A DNA stretch of 64,000 bases from Cyanophora paradoxa CCMP329 (Eukaryota > Plantae > Glaucophyta). Location: assembly GCA_004431415.1 (NCBI GenBank), contig QPMI01000533.1:124001-188000 (forward strand). The letters run 5' to 3'. The position numbers and the translations under genes are program-made. The notes beneath the pieces are model-generated. The model saw only the letters and a program-made list of their open reading frames with translations. It did no database searches and was not told the DNA's origin. Positions 36,701-49,341 of the stretch are shown in pieces (the stretch's first letter is position 1; each line of letters opens with the position of its first letter).

Positions 36701-39700
36701 ATATCAGAGAGTTCGCTTTCCACGGTCTGCCCGCTCCGCACCTGATCGCCCAGAGTACTAGTCGCGTCGCTGGTGTATATTGACGGCGCGATCCGTATTA
36801 TTGATATTATATGATATTATGATATTGATATATCCGTATTATTGATAGTATATGATATATATTATATACGTATATACTCGCGCCTTTGATATTATGTATT
36901 GACGGCGCGATCCGCCTGCGCCAGCCTTTGTTGAGGCCAAAGGGCGGCTTCGGGGAGAGCTCGGAATCAACATCGAAATCGCTCTCGAAGTGATGAGAGA
37001 GATCTACACCAAACAGTTCACAGCAAAGCAGGTCGTCGCAGGTCCGCTCGCGCCTACACGTACTCGCTTGGTAATCAAATCTCGGGCACGGCTCGTCTGA
37101 ATTCCGCCCGCAGGTCCCGTCGTCTTCACGTTCCAGCCAAGCGTGAGCAAACACAGGCTTTCTTTCCGTAAACACTGGTTTTTATCAGTCTAATCCGCCT
37201 ATGCCGCAGATTAATGTCCGTGCTCATGAGAGGCCCAAGGGTCTTCCAGCGTTTTCTTATTCTCTGCTCAGATTAAAGTAGGATTCTCTGGAGAGATCAA
37301 TTTCGATCTCAAGGTGAGCCGGGCCATGTTCGTATTCTCACCCGGAGCGGGTATGATTTGCGCGCAGACCGTGTTCGATGCTGGCATCGAGATCGGGGTT
37401 CAGGCCGGCGCTAAGCTCTCTGGGGGCCGCTTGACCCCCGACATTGGCTGGTACAACAACAAGCCGCCTGTCATCAAGGTCCCGACGCCGACCTTCTCCC
37501 CGGAGTTGAGTGCGTGGCTTGCATGCATTCGATTCGCCCTGAAGCCTCGCTGGCATGCGCGTGATCGCGTTTCCACTGCCAGGCGTTGCATTCTACCTCG
37601 TGTTCGAGCCGGAGATCGAGTTGACCGCGGGCGCGTACGGTGAGCATACCTGCGATCGCGTTCGCTATCCCGAATTAATTAAACGTTGACTTCAATGCGC
37701 GCGCGCTCGGTGTGCAGGCGTTCAAGCTGTGGGTGAGTGGAATGGACTCCGGATCCGGGGGTTGTGCCCTTGCAATATTCGAACCCTCCGTGTGTGCGCA
37801 GGCCTGCAAACTGGCATAACCTTCCGTGTGGGCTTCATCTGGACACCGGTTCCCACCTCTCGTCTCTTCGCGATTCTCGTCTCTGGGCTCTAATGCGGCA
37901 CCGTCCATCGCGCAATTATAGGTCAGTCGGGACTGCAAAGGGGTGAACAACTTCCGCATCGCAGCAGGGTGCGGCGCCCCGCCCCTTCTCTGGGGAACGA
38001 GCCCATCTGAGCGCGCCCCTTCAGCATTATTCCATACATCTCGATGAACATTCAGTTCAGCACCATCGCGAAGAAGCCCCCCAAGTCGGTTCGCGGCCGC
38101 TATTTTCAAGGGCGGTTGCGCCTTTCTGCTGACGCGTGTCTTTCAGGCCAACCTTGAGTTGGAGCTCTTCAAGTTTCCTATCGAAATCAAGGTATCATTT
38201 CTATCTTGTTTCTATCTCGTGCACAAGTTTTGCTGATGTTGATTGCTTATTTTCTGCGTCTGCGCAGCCTTTCAACGACTTTACGATCTGGTGCGTTTCG
38301 AAGTCTCTCCGAGGCTTCATTCGAACTGGCCGATCTTGACTGGGTAACGCAGGGAGACAAAGTGCCTGACCGACAGCTCTGGTTCCGGTGGCACGGGGGC
38401 CGTCCTGCAGCTGGCCCCGCCGAGCTGGCCCTGGACCGTCGCAGTCACCTCCCGGTTCACGCCGCGCCCGCTGCGCCCTTGCCCCGCCCTCACGCGGCGG
38501 CTCGCCCCTCCCTCCATCCAGATCGTCGAACACCATCTCGATCGGCTGGAAGCTGGATGCCGTCTCGCAGATGTCCGCCGCGGTGGCGATTTTCCGGGTG
38601 CGAACTCAACTTTCCTCTCACGCGGCCGTGTCCTCTCGAGGCTGCGGCCAGCTGAGGGTTCGTCCCGTGCGCAGATCCGCTACAACAGGCGAGGCGCTGG
38701 TGTCCTCGCGGCGGCACTGGCGCCGACCGCCTACGTCCCGGTCAACAGCCTCGTCGTCGATCCCGCCGTCGCCCGCAAGACGATCTTCCCGATCGCCACC
38801 ATGTTCGGCAAGAGCGTGTCGGGGTCCGTGTGCCCGAAGGGGTACGCGATGTGGGCGAGCTCCACCGCCAAGGCGGGCTACTGCCGTACCCTTCCGGCGG
38901 CGAGAGTCGATCAGGAGGCTGGCTCCGCGAACGTCTACACTGGAGCCGTTGCGAGCTCTGATCTGCTCACTACGTTTTCCTATACTATCCCGAACTTGCT
39001 CGCGCGGACGGGTGAGTTCCGCCCCGAGGAAATCTTAAAGCCTGCCTTTTAGTCCTTGAGCTTCTGTCTCACAGAGTACGAAATCGAGGTGGTCGCTCTG
39101 CGAGCCGACGGCTCCGAGCTCCGCTCGTCGACTGGGGCCTTGGTCGCCAAGACCCTCGGTGCGCATTCGAAGACGCTCGTGGTCCTGCGGGTCTGCGCGG
39201 CCGACGCGCGGATCTTCGCGCAGATCCTCCTCCCAACGCGCCCACCGCCGTGCGCTTCGTCTCGGCCCAGACCGACACGGCGAACAAGGGCAAGTTCTCC
39301 GTGACGCTGTCGTGGACGCCGGCAGCGTCCCAGCCCGCGGGCATCCCCCCGGTAGCCTTCTTCCAGGTGCCAGCGCCAGTCTTGCTTGCTCGGTCGTTCC
39401 GTTGCAGGCGCTGATCTTGAGGTCGCAACGCGCGCGCGTGCCCGAACCTCGCAGGTCGTCATCTCGCCCCCGCGGGCTGCGACGGTGCCGCCTTCGCCGT
39501 GCGCGGCGGGCACGCACCGGCTCCTGAACAGCGCGCCCACCGCGGCCTGCGTCCCGGACCTGGCGTCCCAAACGTCCACTTCGGATCTCCTGCTGAAGAG
39601 CTTCTCTCCGAGCGGCGCCCCTGCGGGAATCGTTTACGCCGACTGTGCGAACGCTTTAATTGTTTTGAGAGGCGCTTTTCAAACGCCGTGCACGTAACGC

Positions 39701-42700
39701 TTGCTTGCGCCCAGACTTTCCCACGCAGTCGGCCGGCACAACTTCGGCGACCATCCCCGGTCTCGAGCCCGGTACGCAGCGCTCAGCAGAGCGCGTGTGC
39801 TCCCTGCCGCGGACCGCGCCAAACGGACTTTGTTTGTCTCAGGCATCGTGTACTCGTTCCAAGTGATGGCGATGGGCGGACCCGTTTCGGACTCCGGATC
39901 CACCCAGCCGACCTCGGCGCCGCAGTATGCGGGCAGCCGTCCTTCGGATCGGCTCTTCGTGAAGACGCCCGGGTTCACGGACGGCGCCATCGTGCAGATC
40001 CTCGCGGCTTCGGGTGCCGGACCGGGGTTCCCGTACACGCTGTCGGTGACCAGGTCCAGCTGCCGCAATTTCGAGGCCTCGTGGACCCTGGGCGGCATCG
40101 CCTCGGTCGGCGGGGCCGCAATTCGGTCCCTTTCCGTGCAGGTCAGCCAGTCTCGCATTTCATTCTCTGCGAAGCACGATTTAATCTATGGACGCGTGCT
40201 CGTGCTCTGTTATTCGAAGGTGACCGCTGTGTACAAGGCGACTCCAACAGGGGCGATCGCGTTTCGATCGACGTTCCCAACTACCACTACGCTTACCCGC
40301 AAAGCCACGTACAAGGCAGAGGCGACCGACGTCGGCGGCGGCCGCCTGCAGATTTCCACCAACACCGCACCTCTTTCCACCATTTCCGGTTTCCTGAGTA
40401 AACTGAGGGGTACTGACCAATCCTTGTTCCCGACTACGTACCGGCCGGTGGGTGCCGTCACGTACACCTTCGTCCTCTTCGCGTACTCGGCCGTCGGCTC
40501 TGGCGACGTCTCGAACAGCACCGTCGTTCTCGACGCGGCGGAGCCGTGCGTCCCGGGGGCGGCGGCGGCGACGCCCACGCCGTCCCCCTCTCCGATCGCG
40601 GGCCAGACGCCCAGCCCATCGCCGACACCCGGCGAGTTGACGCCCGCCGGGCCCACCCCGACGCCCAGCCCCTCCGCAACGCCCAGCCCGACCCCAACCG
40701 CTTCCCCGACGCCCTCGCCCTCGCCGGTCGGACCCTTTATTTCGCCTCGCCTGTGGCGCGTTCTCGGCGGCCGCGTCCTTACGCGCCCCCGCGCCCGGTC
40801 CAGGTCCCCCACTGGGCCCAGCTGCTCTCGTTCGCGAAGATCACCACGGCCAGCGGAACTGTGCCTTCTTCTCGCGACACGCAGGTCTGCTGACCCGCAT
40901 TCGACGCCGCGTTCTGCACATACTGACGATATCGATTCTGCAGGGAGTCGGCGTGACATACGGAGGCGCTAACTATTTGTATGCTATGGTGCGTTCGTGC
41001 TGCGGAATGCAAGATCACTGCAGAGCAATGCCGGAACGCTACTGAATGCGTCGTGTTGATCAGGCGGGGGGCTGCCGGAATGAAATCGCCTATTCATCGC
41101 CTAGATGCGGCGCTGGTAATCACTACTACCGACTACGCCTCGACTCATGTGCGAAGTTGTTTTAATCCTGGGTCAAGTACCGGTGCTCACGCTCGATTTC
41201 ACAAACAGCGCCCGTCGCTTGGGAATCTGTAGCCTTTACTTCAGGCCTCGATATCGAAGACAAAGTGCGTTCATCAAGATCATATGCATTCTTCGACTCT
41301 GACTCGAATTCGTCACAAATCCGATCACAGCGGAAAGCGCAAGTGATGTTTGACGGAAACAAGTACATCTACTTTTACGGAGGTGCACTTGTACATCTCG
41401 AACTGCAACGCAAACACAAATTTCATGTTTCGACTCGCAGGCGCCGACTGGGATGACACGTGGTCACCCGGTACCCGCATGTCGCAAGCCGTTATACGCT
41501 TTGGTGCGCGTCTCGTATCGCGCGACACGTCGGTCCGTCGCGAGACACGCAATTGATATTGCGCTCTAGACGTCGAAACCCTTGTTGGAGAGGTTTTGAA
41601 TAGTGATGACGGCCAGTCGGGAAGAAACGGGCACTGCGCCGTGCGTTGCCATTTACTTTTAAATAGAAATATATTTTTGCAAACACTTTCGTCCTTTTAG
41701 GTCTTCAACGACGGAATCATCTACATGAGCGGCGGTTACCTTGGCTCGTTTTCGTTTTCGGATGGTGCGTAGCGAGCGCCAATTCACACGGACATTCGGC
41801 GCCTATTGATCTCTTGAGAACATTGTAACTCTAACGAACGGCACCGCCCAATCAGATCTGAAGAAATTCAACACGACCAGTAAAATCTGGACGACCCCAA
41901 TTTCAAGCAGCGATTTAACTAAACGGGAGGGTCACATTTGCGCCTTCATGAACGGCGCCGTGTGGAGCATTGGAGGCTATGGACACGAAACTAATCCCAA
42001 CTCGGGCACTATCATTAGTCCCATCCAATTCGCGTACGTGATCCTTATGCGCGATTCCCGTGCGCGACTCCAGCGCTTCTGTGCGCGCAGCTACGCGAAC
42101 GTCACCGCTTCTCCAGTAAGCTGGACGCTCCTCTCAGCAGCTCCTTTCAACGACGCGACAAAACTCCCGTCACCGCGCACGTTTCCCTGGTCCATGCGCA
42201 TTTCGCACATCCGGCGATTCTAAAAATCAAAACACGATTGGTATCTAATGCGTGACTGCAGGAACTGGGTTATGACCGTCAATTCCCTCCCAATATGGGT
42301 GCGATGCGCAGATGCGCAGATGGCTGCACAAAAGCCTTTGCAATTATGAGACGTTGCTAAATAGCGCTGCTAAGTAGTTTTTGAAAAAAAAAAAAGAAAG
42401 AGTAGGCTAAGTAGTTTTCCAAGTAGTGCTTACTTAGCTGCAGGTCATTGTTGGCGGCAAGGATTCTAGCTCGGTCTTATCCGACGCTTGGGTACGGAAT
42501 GGATATTCAGGCTCTGTACATGTTCTTTATACATTATGCCTGACTATGCTTGCGCGCCTGTGTTGGTTTGCGATCATGCTCATCCAGGCTTTCAAGCCAC
42601 GTGAGTGCCGCTGTATGCAGCATGGTACAGGACCCAGCTTACGTCAGCCTGTCGCAGATTGCATGGCGCGCTGCTCTTCCACAGGATGGGAGAAGATCAA

Positions 42701-45700
42701 TGTTACTGGAACGCTTCCTGACTCATACGGTTCGGATTCGCCTTCAGCAATTACTTATGCCGGACGCCTTAACATGCGCATGCTCCGTCCGACCGACGCG
42801 CAGGAGGCACAACTGGATATTTCCCGTCTTTGAAGCAAGCGTACAAGTTTGGCGGTAGGAAAGCATCGGGAACTAATGGCCCCGACATTGTGGGCGACTT
42901 GCACTACGCAAATGTGACAAGTGAGTCGCCATGCGGGACGCCGGGACGCCATGCGGTTTCCCAGCAACTTGGTTTATGTGGCTGCAGTTAGCGATGCGTG
43001 TCCGTGCGATTCATCGAGGCGCCGATCTTTTCTGCAAGGTTCGTCTCCGTCCGGGGCGGCTCGCGACCGCGATATCGCCAGACTCTCGGCTCACGCGTGC
43101 TCGTGGGCAGAGCCGGCGCTCGAGGGACCGGCGGACAGCGACGGGCTCCGCCCCGCCACGATCGGTCGCGCCCTGCTGCAGGAGGAAGGCGGTGAGTCCG
43201 TGCTGCACGCCCGTGCGCACTGCACAAGGCTTGGGCCGCATTCAAATTCCGCGCCCGCCGCAGCGCCGGACCCCGACTTCGTGACCACGGAAAACCCCGT
43301 GGACATGCGCTTGTCGGCGGCCGCCAACATCAGCAGCGGGCCGGAGGACCCGACCGCCGTCTTCAGCGCGGACGCGGAGCGCTACGAGAGCAACTGGGTC
43401 TTAGACCGGGAGGCGACCCTTGCCGCCCTCGACCCCGAGAGCCGCGCAACCCTCGAGGCCCTTTCCGGTACCCCCATTTCGTTTCATTTTTCAGATTAGT
43501 TTGCCGCGAGTGCCGGCAATGATCGCGTTTTCGCAGCGATGCGCGAGGGGCACATTCTGCAGTTCGCGCAGCTGCAGTCTCTGAACGAGTCGGGGGCGCG
43601 CTCCTACAACGGCCCGAACGGGACCATCATCATCGACCGGAGTGCGTGAACGCCGGAATCTTCGTCTTCTCGGATTTCATGCTCCCGGTGCTGAGCTAGA
43701 GCGGCCATCAGGTGTCGGGGGCTGCCCGCCTGACCGCAAGGTCGCGGGGACGCTGGGGAGAAACACGCTGCCGGCTCTGGCGAGCTGCCCGGCCACCCCC
43801 GACCAGACCAGCACGGCGCCGGCCGCCGGTTTCGACGTCGCGCTCTGCTCTATCATCGTGCCCATGGCGAACGCCGTGCAGGTGCTCCAGCGCCAATCTC
43901 ACTTCTCCGTAAAGCAAACGCCTGACCGCGCGCGAAAAGGTGTCGCTGAAAATCGCGAAGACGGGTCTCTACCGTTTCCGGGCGGACGACGAGACCGCCA
44001 ACTCTGCCAAATCCGTCGTCATCGATCTCCGCAGCGACGGATCGTGCGCGCCGCTCGCCTGCAACAGGCCCACCCCAGGTGCGCGCGCTGTGCTGGGCCT
44101 CTGGGCCATGGCGCTCGATCCCAATACCCCTTCGACTGCAGGCGGGGCGACCGAGCTGTGGGCGATCCTGTATGAGAACAGCACGGTAAATGTCAACGTT
44201 GCCGTCGTCGCCAGCAACGCGACCAGCACGGTCTGCCCGCCGTCGGACGCCGTCGTGCTCGACATCTCCCTCGAGACTCCGTACGACGAGCGCGTCTTCG
44301 TCGACGAGTCGCTCGGGGAGGTCGGGTTCAACCCCGAGGACCCGCTCCGCGACCCCGACACGCTCGACCTCTACTTCACCGACCTGGATGCCGCGCTCCG
44401 CTACGCCTACAACAGGACGCTGACGGCCGGCTCGGGCACTCCGCTTCAGGCGCGACCCCGCGCTGCTGTTGCTGCCCTGTCGCTGATGCTGTCGGTCTCC
44501 TCGAACAGATCGGCATCTTCTTGAAGCCAGATATGTATTATCAGAGCGTGAATGGCACCTGGGACCTCCCGGCTTCGCCCTCTGCGGCCGGGGCGCGCAT
44601 CTGGGTGAGTCGGCGGCATCCACGTATACATGGCTGCAAGCCGCGTCTTTGCAAACATACCTGAACCTTTTTCTTTTAGATTCGTTCCTTGAGCGGGCTT
44701 CGCCAGGGGACCAATTCCGCGTGCGTTACTGTGCTCTAGTCCAGCTCTGACTTTTGCCATCTGATGTGTCTCCGTGTGCAGCGAGGACACTCTCTTGACA
44801 TGTGGCGGCTTGGGTCAGGCCATCACGCTCTCGCACGCCTCGCCGCTGGTGTCGTTCCTCGGCGTCAGCATCGCCGCGTGCGGCACGGCGGAGAGTTCGT
44901 TCAGGGCCGACGAGCGGCTCTCTGGCGCCGCAATCTCCGTCGTCGGGCTGAAGAACATCGTGTTCAAGGTGCCCCGCTCTCGTTAGTCGAAGAATGCGCG
45001 CACGCGGGGCTCATCGCATTCCAGCACATCGTCTTCGTACGCAACGGCAACCACAACGCAAGCGTGGACGGGCGCGGAGGCGCCGTCGCGCTCCTGGGCG
45101 GGGCGTCAGCGACGTTTGACGGATGCATCTTCGTGCAGGTGCCGTCGGCCCTCCAGTTCTCAAATATTCAATTATTATCCTACTGCTGCGCTGGCCTGCA
45201 GCTGACTCAAAGCAGAACACCGCGCGCCGGGGCGGCGGCGCGGTCGCCATCCTCGACGGGAGCGAGGCCAGCTTCACGGACACGCTGTTTGCGTCCAACG
45301 CGGCCCCGGTCGGCGGCGCCGTGCTCGTCTCCGGCGCCCGCACGGCTTCCTTCTCTGTGACGGCATTCCACGTGAGACGCCCCCCAAAGGTCCTCCGAAT
45401 TGTCCCTGGGGTGTTCTGAGTGGCTCTGCGCCTTTGCGACCGCAGAACAACTCGGCCCTTCCGGGCCCACCCGACTCGCCGGAGGAGGACGCGGGATGGG
45501 ACGCTGCTCTCGAATTTAAAGACCCGTCGGACGTCAAGAACTGGATGGGCGGCGCCGTGGCGATCCTGGGCGCGACAGAGACCGTGCAGTTCGACGTGGC
45601 CATCTTCGAAAGCAACAGCGCTCTCTTCGGAGCGGCCATCGCGACCGCGAGCCGCGTGTCCGTCACGCGCTCGCAGCTGTCGGGCTCTAGAAAAAATTCG

Positions 45701-47772
45701 CAATCTGGGCCTGCGGGAGGCGCCATCTGGGTCCATTCAACGGAGGCCCGCATCGAGCTGACGCAGTTCGACGGCAACGAGCAGGCGCTCCCGCTGGCCG
45801 CGGGGGGTATCACCTGCAGCGGCGCCGGCGCCTCCCTTTCCGTCTACGCTTCGACCTTCGCCGATAACTGGGGCATGTTCGGCGGCGCGGCGCGCGTCTT
45901 CCACGGGTGCAGGGCGAACTTCACCCTGTGCTCGTTCACCGGTCCGCCCGCTCTGTCATCGTAGCTTACGATTGCGTTGGTTCCGCCTCTGCGGTCTCAC
46001 GTCCCCTGCGAGCAGACAACGTGGCGCTGGCCGGAGGAGCCGTGATGGTCGGGCAGATGGACGCGGCGGCTGGGGGGGCGCAGGCGGCCTCGACCTGGGC
46101 GATGTTCGACCAGGTCGAGTTCCGCAGAAACTACGCAGGCTTCCCCGCCGAAGAGGAGGCGACCGAGTACGGTCTCGACCCGACGACGGGCTGGGGCGGC
46201 GCGCTCGCCATCTTCGCCCCCGTCGACGGCGCCGTGCCCATCTCGGGCTGCCTCCTCGCGGAGAACCACGCGGCCGCGGGCGGCGGCCTCTTCGCCAACA
46301 CGTCCGTCAGCATCGACGGCGACACGATCTTCTACGACAACCACGCCGGCTTCCCTTACTTCGACGGGCACGCGGAGCGCGACGTCCAGATCGGCGGCGG
46401 CGCCCTCCTCTCGCACGCGGCCGCGTCGAGCCGCATCGCGGGGGCCCTCTTCGCGAAGAACACGGCGCGCGGCGCGTTCGGCGGCGGCCTCGCGCTGCTC
46501 GGCGGGACGGTCGACCTCCGCGGCCCGCGCTTCCTTCAGAACTCCGTCCTCGGTGCCGACAGCGCGGGCGGAGGTCCGCACACGCTCCCGGCGCCGTGCG
46601 GCGCGCTGCTGTTGCTTTCGCCCTAGGCCTGACTGGGCGTGGCAGGCCTCTTCGGGGATGGCGTCGCCTTCGTCGGAGAGCCCTCCTTCATCGCCAGCAA
46701 CAACGTCGCGGATGGCCCGGTCCGTCTATACGCGTGATCCGTGGCCTCGCGCAGGAAGGCTCCAGCGAGGGCACGATTGCTTACGCCCCTGCGGGACCGC
46801 GCAGTTCCACAACGTCTATCTGATGTCGACCGGCGGCAACTCGAGCGCGGGCGGCGGCGGCGCGGCCGACGGGGCGCGCGGCGTGGCCAAGAGCTGCTCG
46901 GCGTGCTCGCTCTGCCAGACGTGCGAGATCGCGACGGGCCGCTGCAAGTTCCCCGCGGACTTCGGTGCGCCGCGCCGCCCCCGCCGTCGACGAGGAGAAG
47001 CTGAGCGGTGCGGGGCGGGCGGGCAGACGCGTGGTGCGAGTTCATCGGCGGGTGCACGCCGGAGGCCTGCCCCTTCGTTTCCGCCGGCACGGCCCGCTTC
47101 GACGAGTCCAACGGCCTCCGCTCCATCCGCGTCGAGCTGGACTCGACCTCCGGGTTGTCCACCGGCGGCTCCGGAAACTGCTCCGCCCTCTTCGTCGAGG
47201 ACACCATCAAGATGCTCGGCGAAGGTGGGAAATTTCGGAAATTGAGCCCATTACGAAAAGGCTGCCCAACGTTAATTAACCGCCGTTCGCTCGCCAGGTG
47301 CGACGTGCACGCTCAGCTCCGCCTCCGGCGCGGGGCGGCGGCGGCGGCAGGCGCTGCAGACATCGGCGGGCCTCCTCATCGTGCAGCTCGGCAAGGCATT
47401 CTCGGTCGAGCCCGGCGCCGTCCTCGGCCTGCGGCTCGAAATCCTCCCCGAGCGGTTCCGCTCCGTCTCCAACGAGGCGGTCATCGAGATCGAGCAGGCG
47501 CGCCAGCGCCCCGCACTCGGCTATGCTCTGCTTTCGGCTGACCGCGCTGCTCGCCGCCCGCGCAGACGTCGATCCCGGTGCAGCAGATGAAGGAGCAGCT
47601 GGCGCGGACCAACCGCACCATCACGGCCGAGCTGGAGCAGCGGTTCGCGAGCTTCCAGGCGCCCCTGCTCATCTCCTCCTCGTCGCCCTCCGGGATCTCC
47701 TCCGCCGCCGTCGTCGCCACCGCCGCCTGCGCGCTCCTCGCCGCCGCGGCGCTCCTCTTCGGCAGACTCTAA
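33732..47772 (+). CDS. Giant multi-exon secreted/cell-surface protein, copy R
   Basis: ATG 33732 MRRRRERP...[16 protein letters not shown]; same domain order as copy L; Kelch-like YIYFYGG, REGHICAFMNGAVWSIGGY, VIVGG, WEKINVTGTLP; ends [32 protein letters not shown] (47772). The exonic indels I checked against copy L are in frame. Confidence 0.75.
34762..34830 (+). repeat. ~65-bp dispersed repeat, copy 3 (intronic)
   Basis: TTTTTGGTGAAGC...CACCAGCACTGCGGGGGCTGCACAGGGGGCA. Confidence 0.85.
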
Positions 47773-49341
47773 ATCCGTCTTCTCTCTCACTGCATACGCA
47801 GTGAGTGAGCGATAAAATTTATTTATACGTGTTTCGTCAGTCTAGAGTATACTTAGTTCGGGTGGAAGCCGGTATATGTATATAGTGCTTCGACTCGGTT
47901 TCGAATTCTACAGCTAGCGCTACCTGCATTCCTGGATCCGGAGCAGCCCGGCCGTGGAGGAGCCGTGGAGATGATCGCTGCAATCGATATCGCGCTGGCC
48001 AGCGCAGTGTCAGTGCTCGCGACCGTTCGTTCTCGTCGGACTTGCGGTCCGGTCGTTCTGCGCCGGCCAGCGCCAGCGCAGCATCCGATAATCCACGCTC
48101 GCTGTTGCCGTCGCCGGGCTCGCGATCGTTTTGTGGAGGCTTTTCGATTTGTGTATCGCATCTTCGCATTGCAGCATTATGATTAGTCCAATTATGTATC
48201 GTACATGATCCAGCACAGCCTAGTTAGGAACCAATCTCTTCAGCGGTTTCTATCTATGCTGTTTTGTTTCGTCTCCGCAACTAGCTTCTAAGCGCAGTTT
48301 CAATTCTTGCTTTATATATAAAATTACCATTTGCTCTTATATAAAATTGCCACTTGCACGGCTTAATTATATATATATGTAATGCGTGTTCATGTCGTTT
48401 CTCGCCTTGAACGGTAGCTTGCCAAGTTGCTTTTGCGTGATGCTAGGTATCGATTAGCGATATCGATTAGCTACAGGCGACAGACCGTCGGACATGCGTG
48501 ACCCTATACCGCGATAGCGATCGAGGCCAAAGGTTTCTGAGTACGTATACCGTAGTACGCGATTTGGAAATTCAACATTAAAATTCGCCCCATTTCCCGC
48601 AGCTGCAGTATGTGCCACGTGCAACTGCAAGGCCCCTTAGGCGGAAGTAAAGCAAGCAGTCACAGGGCGGCGACAAGGGAATTCGAATATTAATGTTGAG
48701 TCGGGCGCGCCCTCGGCCCCGCCGCGAAACATGTGCACGTGTATATATTACGTGATCGCGACTGAGAATATTGATTTATATTCGACATTAATATTTAAGC
48801 ACGTGCACCGTCCTGTCAGGCTGGACTTGAGACTTGATGGGACAGAGGGACTCAGTGACTCGAGGGGGGGGGAACCCTTAATGGCGAGAGGGGGGAACTT
48901 CGTAACCCCTGATGCATTTGGCCACGGGGGACGCAGAATTACGAAGGGATGTGCATGTGCACGTGCGCGCATGCTGGTGGCCATTAAATATATATTGTGG
49001 TACGGGTGGCCATGGGGTTGGGTTGGAGGGAAGGGCAGGGGGGGCGGGAAGGCGGACTCCGGGAGGCCGCGGGGAGGGGGGGAACGGGGGGCGGAGGCCG
49101 CGGGAAGCGGGGGAGGGGGGGAGGGGGGAGGGAGGTGGCGAAGGGGCCCCCGGGGCGGAGGGGAGGAGGGGGTTGCGGGGGTGTATAGGATAGGAGCGGG
49201 GGCTGGAGCTTGAGGGCCGGGGCCGCGGTCACTCGCGGAGCTGCCGGAGGGCGGTCGGAGGGGTGAGGGGTGGGGAGGGGGGGGGGGGGGGGCGGAAGCC
49301 GCGGGGAGGGGGGAGGGGGAGGGAGGGGAAGGGAACCGCGG

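Larger units (their letters stand above)
33524..48595 (+). repeat. Right arm of ~15-kb inverted segmental duplication
   Basis: Collinear reverse complement of ~1580-16050. Confidence 0.95.

Noticed and set aside
1580-48595. Arms as an assembly fold-back or haplotype artefact
   Set aside because: The arms differ by many substitutions, in-frame indels, intron positions and a non-alignable block, and the spacer is unique. Long-read confirmation is still advisable.
1580-48595. Arms as giant TIRs of one mega-transposon mobilised by the central transposase
   Set aside because: The central element has its own TIRs and TSD and looks younger than the arms; the outer arm ends fade out with no TGT/ACA termini or TSD.
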